64,000 nucleotides of DNA from assembly GCF_001194135.2 (NCBI RefSeq), contig NC_068982.1:156842733-156906732 (forward strand). The letters are read 5' to 3'. The notes below the pieces were generated by a model that saw only the letters and a list, made by a program, of their open reading frames with translations, did not search any database and was not told where the DNA came from. A program made the translations under genes and the position numbers. Source of the stretch: Octopus bimaculoides. Its lineage: Eukaryota. Of this stretch, positions 54,721 to 64,000 are shown one piece after another. Numbering within the stretch: position 1 is the stretch's first letter; every line of letters begins with the position of its first letter.

Positions 54721-54995
54721 CAAATAAACAACTTCTGTAAAAGAATGTTTAAATAAAGAAAATTTATTTATCGAGAAATACAGAGCATGCCTAAATATGA
54801 ACGTATAACCAACTTTGGTCTCAGTATATATTTTAATTCATGATCACATACATATTTCAACTCACTACTTTAGCTTATGAGTTTTTGTGTGTTTATTTTT
54901 TCTACCTCAAAAATGAGCAATTACCTCCGCTGTCCCGAGTAAACACTATCACCAATTACCACCCCTTATATTTTTCTACTCGTTGATTCATTCAC

Positions 54996-55123
54996 AAACT
55001 TTCATAGAAGAACATGGACTAAATTCTTCTTGAGAAAATACGAAATTACAATAATCTCAATGTCAATATTAGCGAAAGCGAAATCGGTCGACAACCACGA
55101 TACTCTTTCATTTAAACTATATT
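54996..55123. repeat. Inverted repeat, right arm
   Basis: Matches 54033-54158 in reverse complement. Confidence 0.9.
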
Positions 55124-55545
55124 TGGGTCTATGTCATCGACTTACCCCTTTCTTCGAAATTGATGATTTTTGAAACCAACATTTCACGTACTTTCTTATA
55201 TCTTAGGAGTCCTCATTAGGAACACTTTACTTGAATATCTATGTATTATATTTCCAGAAAAGAAATGTTTTTCGGATCCTAGTTGTAGCCATGCGAACTA
55301 ATATAAAGTGAGCCTCTCTCTCTCAATTAACGTCCTGTCTTGTCGTTTATTTTATAGTTTTATCGCATTAAAAATAGCACACACTATTTTTATTAGATGG
55401 TTCGTTCTTTTCATAAAATTTGAAATCTCAATTAAAATTGCCGAACTTCGATTGATTGGGATAATTTCATAAAACGGTTAGCAATCTGTTCAAGTATTTA
55501 TCTGCAAAACATGCACTAAGTTTCATATAGACAGACTAACTCATA

Positions 55546-55621
<76 letters not shown>

Positions 55622-58067
55622 CACAAACACGCGTACACACACAAGCACACACACGCACAAGCACACACACACAAATTCACACAGAATTGCAAGTTGTGTG
55701 TGTATGTGTGTGTGAGTATGTGAGTATGTGTGTGTATTTATATCGTTGATCGAAGAGATGACTGAATTCTTTAACACATGATACACACACACGCATGCAC
55801 ACACATTATGTGTTCATGTTTATTTGTTGCTATGTCTGCAATTTCATATTTCGTACACAAGTATTATTACATATAGATACAAGTGCATATATATATATAT
55901 ATATATGTGTGTGTGTATGTATGTAGACACACACAATACACACACACACACATATATATATAAGTATATAAACATGTAGTTACGCAAACACTCACACACA
56001 TAAATACATACAGAAACATACATACATACATACATAAATGCATATACAACCATATTCATATATACACAGACACCGAAACAGCCAGAGATAGACAGAGAAG
56101 GAGAGAGAGAGAGAGAGTGAGAAAGAAAGTGAGAGAGTGAGCAAGTATGTAGGTGTATGTATATGTGTGTGTTTGTCTGTGTGTGTCTGTCTGTGCGTAT
56201 GTGTCTGTGTGTGCGTGCGTGTGTTATGTGCAAGCAAGTACACGTATTTACTATTAACGTATTTGTTTCATATAAACCTCAATAGACGAATTCTTTAGAC
56301 GTCAAAGCTTTCATAAATAGAACTTGTATTTCATCTATTGCAAAGAGAGAATTTATAGTATTTTTGGCCAATTCTACTTTCTGTTTCCTTTCTCTTATTT
56401 CTTTTGTTTCGTTCTTTTATCTATTTATTTATTCATAAGTGTTTAAAGTTTTTAGTTTCTTAATATCGGCAGTATTGAATATCGATGATAGAATACACCT
56501 CACGTTCTTTCGCCCACTCTCAATGAATAGCATTATTGCATACATTCCTGAACAAGTATAATTGTTTCCATTGGTCTACGTTTGATATGGCCGTTTCAAA
56601 GCATGAAAACAATGATTATTTTCTTAGCGCGAGATCTATCACCAAACAGAAACATTATACGTAACAACTTACCATCATGGTAGTTTTATATATGTATTAT
56701 TTTTCATTTTGCTTTCACATTTCATTTGTTTTGTGTTACTGTAGATAATTTNNNNNNNNNNNNNNNNNNNNNNNNNNNNNNNNNNNNNNNNNNNNNNNNN
56801 NNNNNNNNNNNNNNNNNNNNNNNNNNNNNNNNNNNNNNNNNNNNNNNNNNNNNNNNNNNNNNNNNNNNNNNNNNNNNNNNNNNNNNNNNNNNNNNNNNNN
56901 NNNNNNNNNNNNNNNNNNNNNNNNNNNNNNNNNNNNNNNNNNNNNNNNNNNNNNNNNNNNNNNNNNNNNNNNNNNNNNNNNNNNNNNNNNNNNNNNNNNN
57001 NNNNNNNNNNNNNNNNNNNNNNNNNNNNNNNNNNNNNNNNNNNNNNNNNNNNNNNNNNNNNNNNNNNNNNNNNNNNNNNNNNNNNNNNNNNNNNNNNNNN
57101 NNNNNNNNNNNNNNNNNNNNNNNNNNNNNNNNNNNNNNNNNNNNNNNNNNNNNNNNNNNNNNNNNNNNNNNNNNNNNNNNNNNNNNNNNNNNNNNNNNNN
57201 NNNNNNNNNNNNNNNNNNNNNNNNNNNNNNNNNNNNNNNNNNNNNNNNNNNNNNNNNNNNNNNNNNNNNNNNNNNNNNNNNNNNNNNNNNNNNNNNNNNN
57301 NNNNNNNNNNNNNNNNNNNNNNNNNNNNNNNNNNNNNNNNNNNNNNNNNNNNNNNNNNNNNNNNNNNNNNNNNNNNNNNNNNNNNNNNNNNNNNNNNNNN
57401 NNNNNNNNNNNNNNNNNNNNNNNNNNNNNNNNNNNNNNNNNNNNNNNNNNNNNNNNNNNNNNNNNNNNNNNNNNNNNNNNNNNNNNNNNNNNNNNNNNNN
57501 NNNNNNNNNNNNNNNNNNNNNNNNNNNNNNNNNNNNNNNNNNNNNNNNNNNNNNNNNNNNNNNNNNNNNNNNNNNNNNNNNNNNNNNNNNNNNNNNNNNN
57601 NNNNNNNNNNNNNNNNNNNNNNNNTATATATATATATATGCATGTATGTGTGCAACGTATGTATTTGTGTGTCTGTGTGTGTGTCTATAGAAACAGCTAA
57701 ATTAGCCCTGTTTATGAAGGTATTACATAGGTTACACTCACACACACACACACACACATGTACATACATGCATACATACATACATACATGAATGTACCAC
57801 CAAAAGTCCAAGGAAATGTGAACATTCAAGGTTAAAAATCATGCTGATCTTAAAGCTCTTGTATGCTGATCTAATGCACTTACGATGATGGGTACTCAGA
57901 AATTATCATAAGTATATATTATCGTGGGTGCATTATATTATGTACCTTCAAATTCACACAAAAACCTGCAAAAGAAACAAAAACGTATGCTCCAAATCCT
58001 ATTTCTTAGCAGCACCGTGGCGATTTGTAAGTCATTCCAAAGATCCTCCATCTGAAATGTTTTAGAT

Positions 58068-58576
58068 TAGGGGTGGGGAAGCTTTTTAGAGAAAGGTCCG
58101 CGGGCGGAATGCAAGTTCTAACTCTCATATCTGTGTAAATCTTGTATATATATCTATGTATAATTCGAGATCCATTAATAAAGATACGTTTAAGAAATTA
58201 TATCAACGCGTAACTTCTTTATTAATGCCACAACTGGATTGAGGACGTTGATATTTCGCATCAGGTATTCTATATTTTTCAGCTAGAGTATAGTTGGGTC
58301 TCAAAGGAGTGGTATAAATGCAGTATTATGTGTTTTATAGTGGAAACAAAATTTCCATTCAAATGCGATTACCGGGCGATTTTCTGTTCGAGTCTAACCA
58401 TTTTAAGTCGTAGTCGAAACGCAGTTTATGTCGCAAACAGGCATAAGAATATTGTATAAATTTTATAATTGAAAAATTTACTGTATTTTGTACATATAAG
58501 TATATCAGCCTGTGGGCGAAATAAAATGGGATCGCGGGCGCAATTTCACCCGCGGACTGAGATTTCTCCACCCCTG
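58068..58576. mobile_element. Non-autonomous hAT (Charlie-like) element, 509 bp
   Basis: Termini taggggtggggaa and gatttctccacccctg, subterminal ccgcggg motifs at both ends, and degenerate 8-bp TSDs ttttagat/cttcagat (6/8 match). Confidence 0.8.
58376..58434 (+). ncRNA. Degenerate type-I hammerhead-like motif inside the hAT element
   Basis: GCGAUUUU-CUGuucGA-GUCUA(loop)UAGUC-GAA-ACGCaGU-U-UAUGUCGC. Stem I pairs 6/8 in exact register and stem II 4/5; stem III is ACGCGU with one inserted base. Confidence 0.45.
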
Positions 58577-59064
58577 CTTCAGATGAATAGATGCACACAT
58601 TTGGGTGTATGCACCAACAACTCAATCAACACTCCAACTCAACTACATACTTACAAACATTGGGCACTCTCTGAGCTCAAACACTCTTATCGTTTTGTTA
58701 GCTACTGTCTTAAACTCTCTTAAAAATAATTAAAATTGAAACAAAAAAAAAAAACATACACATTCGTGTATGTGTGTGTGCGTATAATGTAAGAGCAGAG
58801 AGTCTCAGAGGACAATTGATCAATAATAAGTTTTATGTATTGAGTCAATAGGCCATACAAGAACATGCGGCATTGCAAAGAACATATAGGGATTGAATAG
58901 TAGATAATTAATATAATAATTTTGAACAGTGTACGTGCAATATTGGATTGAAATTTCCAGCGTAACTGAAAATATTTGTGGGAAACTAACTGCATACCCA
59001 ACTCAGCATTTTTAACAATTGCATCACTCAAACTTGCTGGCTGTTGGCTGCTACTGCTGTCACA

Positions 59065-59104
59065 ACAATAACTACTACTACTACTACTACTATTACTACT
59101 ACTA

Positions 59105-59148
<44 letters not shown>

Positions 59149-59165
59149 ACTGCTGTTGCTGCTGC
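59065..59165. repeat. (CTA)n/(CTG)n microsatellite
   Basis: Directly visible. Confidence 0.95.
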
Positions 59166-59232
59166 AAACGATCACCCTCACAATACGACTTAACACAGGT
59201 CTTCAAAATGGAAATGTTTGAAAATTGTTATA

Positions 59233-60025
59233 CACTGTATGTTAATCTCGATATTTTTGTGGTTTTAATTCGAAATATCAAAGTCGCTCCTTCCCATTGG
59301 CTAAGGTTTTCTCAATTTAATCATAAAATATACATATGGTAGTACAAAATTAAACTAATAGAAAAGTATTTGGTATTTTAATTTAGCAAAATAAAATGGC
59401 CCAAATACAACTGAAATGAGAAAAAATACATTTTTACGAGGCCCCCATTTAAATTTTAGATTCAGCACCTCAAAATCTGTTCATTTTATTTGAAAGCTAC
59501 GCCTGGATCTCTTTTGTTTGTGATCATTGGATGGACATTCAGCAGTAGTTGGCCAACATGTGGACATTCTATCTTTCCTGATATCTTCTTTCCATCTCAT
59601 TTATGTATTGATGAAACCTTTCCTCCGCTCCTCACGCACACACCCCAGATTTTCTAATGCCCATGTAGCAAATTATATTTAATGCTTCTTTTACATTCCA
59701 AGGCTTGGGACTTCTCTAGCATTCTTCCTAACGATATCCTTCTAGTTTGGATCTTTATGTCTACACAAGCAGTTCTTCACATCTTTAAAAGTAATCCATG
59801 TATCTTTTGCTGAATCACTAAGAGAGTTTTCAAAATTTCTGTCTTTGATGAGTTTCTTTTATATGATCCTACAAATACAACTTCTTCAACTTTGGTGTCT
59901 CATAGAGCAGAACAGTTGTCCGCAAATACGTGAAGCAATCTGCATCCGTCTGCATCCCGTCTGCAAACGGTGGCAGAGCTTTAACGAACTGCTTCATGAA
60001 TCCGAGTTTTATACGTAGAGGAGTA
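59233..60025 (-). mobile_element. Chapaev3-like (CMC superfamily) DNA transposon, 3' half
   Basis: Minus strand: PLRIKLGFMKQFVKAL; VFVG; DTWITFKDV; HKDPN; ENLGCVREE; FHQYINEMERRYQER*NVHMLANYC. These match the PLHIKLGLMKxFVKA...GERFHQDI..ME.RYQG transposase family. The terminus begins CAC at 59233. Confidence 0.75.
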
Positions 60026-60803
60026 TAAATCAGATAGCCAGTGCTATTGGCATATCCCGCGAAAAAGTTGAGAATATTCTGCACAATGAACTTGGAATGA
60101 CCTGATCAAAAGTGCACCAAGCTGATTACATTAAATCTGATATAGTTTCAGGCAGGTATAGTTGGTTTCCTACAACGTTTTCTCAGTCAGGATGAGTGTT
60201 TGGTTCATCAATTTGAACCAGAGACAAAGAGGCAAACCATTTAGTGCACATGCCTTTCCTCACCTGCTCCAAAGTAGGCTAGGGTTGTTTCATCTCCAGG
60301 GAAGGTGATGGTCTCAGTGTTTTGGGACTACCTTTGAAAGGGCCATACCATCAATGGAGAGTACTATGCCAACTTGTTGATGCAGTTACGAAAGGCTACC
60401 AAGATTAAACACCCAGCAAAAATAACAAAAGGTGTCTTATTTCACAGGTTCAACGGTCCAGCACACAAGACCTTGGTTTTAATGGCTGCTGTTAGTGACT
60501 GATTTAAAACTGCATAATCACCATCACTAGTCTCCTGATTTGGCTCCATCTCACTATCACCTATTCCCCCAAATGAAATAACACTTGGCTGGGAAGCAGT
60601 ATCGCAGTGATGATGTCATATCTGCTGTTGATGATTATTTCGATTAACAGGATGAAAGCTTCTTCAACAATGGGATCCATGCTCCTCAACACCGATGGAA
60701 AATTGTATACATTGCAAGGGGAAAATGTCGGAATATAAACCTCATTTGGTCACATTCCATGACAGTATTTTGATCAACCTATGAACATTTCAGCCGACCC
60801 TCG
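60023..60803 (+). mobile_element. Mariner transposase relic (HTH2 plus catalytic domain) with 3' TIR
   Basis: INQIASAIGISREKVENILHNELGM; DECLVHQFEPETKRQ; GKVMVSVFWD; SPDLAPSHYHLF (YSPDLAP); FFNNGIH..HRWK. Ends with cagccgaccctcg|TA. Confidence 0.92.
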
Positions 60804-61772
60804 TATTTTGGGCAATTGTTTTGCAGATTCTACCAACACATTTTCAGTAATGCATGTTCTTTATTGGAGGTAGGGTAGACTATTGATGAAATGCATCGTA
60901 TTTAATCTTCGTTTTATTTCCTCTTTTGATCTCAAAAACAAGCAAACAAAAAGAAACAAAAAAATATGAAATGACTCTCACGTGATTTTCGATTATCCCA
61001 AATAACACAATACATTGAAATTGGTCTCTTAAAACAATTTATGGAAACTCTAACGGGTTTGCTTTGTTCGTATTAAATAGACAAATGGAGAAAAAAGAAG
61101 CAAAATACAAAACAGATTGTAGAATTACAAGTTAAATCCAAAAGCATTTTCTAAGTATACCACTTATTAAATACTAGTTCGAAAGTCTTGAAATTCCTTC
61201 TTTACTGCATCAAATGAATAAGAAAAAAACATCTATAAAGTAAGATTATTATAATACATTGTCCACATTCAAAGGTGAATAAATGTAAATTCTTTCCTCA
61301 AATTAATTTGCAAGATGTTTTCTCACCTATGGTTATTATCCAACGCTCACTGTTAACGGTCAAATGTAGCCGCAAAAGAAGAAACAAAACTATAATGATA
61401 AAGAAAAGTCAATTGTAAGAAAATAAAAAATAAAAAATAAGACTAGAAAAAAAAGCAAGGAAAAAATGTCATGATCACTCTGACTGCTCACATGACATTA
61501 CAAAACAATTAAGTAGGATGTCAAGAAACGTCCCTAACTTCGACGAATGAAATTAGATTTAACCGCCATACATTTTGCTAAAAGCAGAACGATGTTAAAT
61601 GATGATATTCGGTAAAAGATTTCAGGAAAGAAAAAAAAAATCCTTGATTCTTTTGATTCTTTTCAAGTTTGTTCTACCTTGAAGAAAGTCAATAGTTTTA
61701 AATTTCTCGTTTATATTTTATTCCTGAAAAAAGCCTTCTGTTAAAATCAACCAATCAATACTGCTACTTGAA

Positions 61773-61774
<2 letters not shown>

Positions 61775-61853
<79 letters not shown>

Positions 61854-61855
61854 TC
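61775..61855. repeat. (CTAT)n microsatellite
   Basis: Directly visible. Confidence 0.95.
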
Positions 61856-64000
61856 TAGATGCGTGTGTATGTGCATGCTAACGAAAAAATTAAAACAGCG
61901 TGTTTGTAATAAACTTTACAAATAAGTTTTAAAGTCGTACTTTTTATAAGCAAAGAGACAGCATTGAGCCTGACCATGGTTAAAATAATTCCCTCTCTTT
62001 CTCTCAGGTCCCTTCTCTCTATCTCTCTCTTTCAATGCCGTATGGAGAAATGTTCTGATGTTCTAATGAGCAAAAGAAGTGCGTGTTGATCGTTATACTT
62101 TTCATATGTAGCTGTAAGCTAGTAAATATTTAATCTCCCTATCTCTCCGGTAAGTATTCGATTTGATATTTGCTCCCTTATCAGAGAGAAAGAGAGAGAG
62201 AGAGAGATAGACTGAGAGAAGGAAGGAAAGAAAGAAAGAGGGAAGGAGACAGATTAATCGATAAATATGTAGGTATATGGTAATAATTTGAGATGTAAAA
62301 TAAAACTGTGTTATGCGTCATTCTTGGGAATGAAGTTATAGATGGACTTGCTTTCGCCGGGAGAGACCCCCCCCCCCCCAGGTGATAATAAAAAACAACA
62401 CNNNNNNNNNNCTTTCCGCTTGTGCACTGTATACCGTGATTTTAAGTCCAACCAATCTCAACATCCTCTTTCAAGTTTGATATAGGAAATCCAAAACAAA
62501 TGGCGATGAAACGTCTAACATTTGCTTTCATAACGGGTCTTGTTTGGTGAAGTACTGGGGAGTGAGATGAGAAAAATTCCACAAACACCTTTTAAACTGA
62601 TTGCAAAGAATAGTATTTATTAGTTGCCACAAACTCAGGAAGGTCTGCAAGATCTAATAAAATTGTGAACGTAACATTCTTATTACACGAGAACTTTACA
62701 ACGAGCGCAGTTCCAAAACTGAGCTGCACAATGAACTGGTTAATCTGTTACTCGAATTCATCAAAACAACATAACGTTCAAATATCAATCATTTTTTTGT
62801 CTATTACAATTTTTCTTCTAGGATGAAATTGATTTGTTATTCAGAGAATAAAACTCCATCACTGGAGAATAATAACAAGAGTAATTGTTATTTATTGAAT
62901 ACAAAGAAAAATGTTAGTATATTTTTTTAATATTTCACTTACACATACTTAGCTTATATATAACAATACAGGTATATTCACTACTTAAAATAAACTGCTT
63001 AGATTATAATTAAATTAATTCATAGTCAGTATGTTCTTTACCTCAGTACTCCTTTATTAAATACCAGTATATACCAATTGATCAATATTCACTGATACCA
63101 TCTGAAGAGTTAGTATTTAAGTGTACAATATGTATAAATATTAAACTATTTCTGGATAATTTTCTTTTCCTCCCTCTATTGTGGTAAAAGTTTGGTATAT
63201 ACTCAAAAGTATTCATAAAACATTTTATCCTTTTGTTATAATTCTTCTTCTTAATAATCCTCTGAATATCCCTAAACTTAAACTTTATACAATATAGCAG
63301 TATTGCTTAAAATATTTAACTATAGTACTACATGATAAGATTTCTCCTGTTTCATTATCAATGGTCTGCTAGTGGCCATCCCACTTAATTGTCAGTTAAC
63401 ATCTTGATTTAAGTTTTTCCCTTACCAAATCCCATGATATTGCTTCAAATAAATCTTGATTTTTATGACTGTACCCACTATGATGTCTGTCGACTCCCTC
63501 AGCTCTAACCTGGCAAACCCGGCCTTAGATCTACAAGGATTTGATAAAAACTAATCTATAAATAAAAACTGACCCAATATGAAAATAACAAGAAAAATCT
63601 GTAACAAGTCGTTCTTCCTCATAACTTAGTAGCTTCTAAGTGGAAGGAAGGGCATCAATGATTTTGTCTATCTCCTTAACTTCTTGTTAATTTCCCAAAA
63701 TTATACTAATGTGTCCATCTGTTTTAATTTAATTAAATTCTATGTTTTTGTGCAACTGAGGATTGCTCTGCATTTAAATTGAAGTAATGGTTGCATTGTT
63801 CAATTAAATGGAGTTGTGTGAAACGATCGCATTGCATTACCTCTGGATATCCTTGTTGCCTACTTTGATTCTAATCACCTTATTTTGAAATTGTATGGAT
63901 AATACCATACTAAATTCTGGTGCCTCAACTTAAGTACCATATTCATCTGAATCTCTCTCTCTCTCTCTTTCTCTGTATATATATATATATATATATATAT

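Noticed and set aside
63783-63843. Imperfect hairpin superficially like miR-33 or a hammerhead
   Set aside because: It matches neither the miR-33 mature sequence nor the ribozyme core.

Overview
AT-rich, microsatellite-saturated eukaryotic genomic DNA from a draft assembly, with 16 N-gaps totalling about 5.6 kb by hand count, most flanked by simple repeats. The tRNA-headed SINE families and the repeat landscape strongly suggest an octopus (coleoid cephalopod) genome; this is an inference. I found no intact protein-coding gene. The long ORFs in the supplied track are artefacts of microsatellites or N-runs. The window looks like intron or intergenic DNA packed with relics: three tRNA-derived SINE families (here called A, B and C) plus a fourth dispersed repeat; two R4-clade-like (RLE) LINE relics; a Penelope-like RT fragment; RTE-like and R1-like LINE scraps; mariner, Tigger-like, hAT/Charlie-like and Chapaev3-like DNA transposon remnants. 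One candidate signal-peptide exon lies on the minus strand (38381-38544). The most notable unannotated signal is a set of three minimal type-I hammerhead-ribozyme-like motifs (26594-26633, 28826-28864, 58376-58434). They have palindromic or near-palindromic stem III, the architecture associated with Penelope-like elements and retrozymes, and all three are mutated. Coordinates of degraded elements are approximate, and protein similarities come from my recollection of family motifs, not from database searches.
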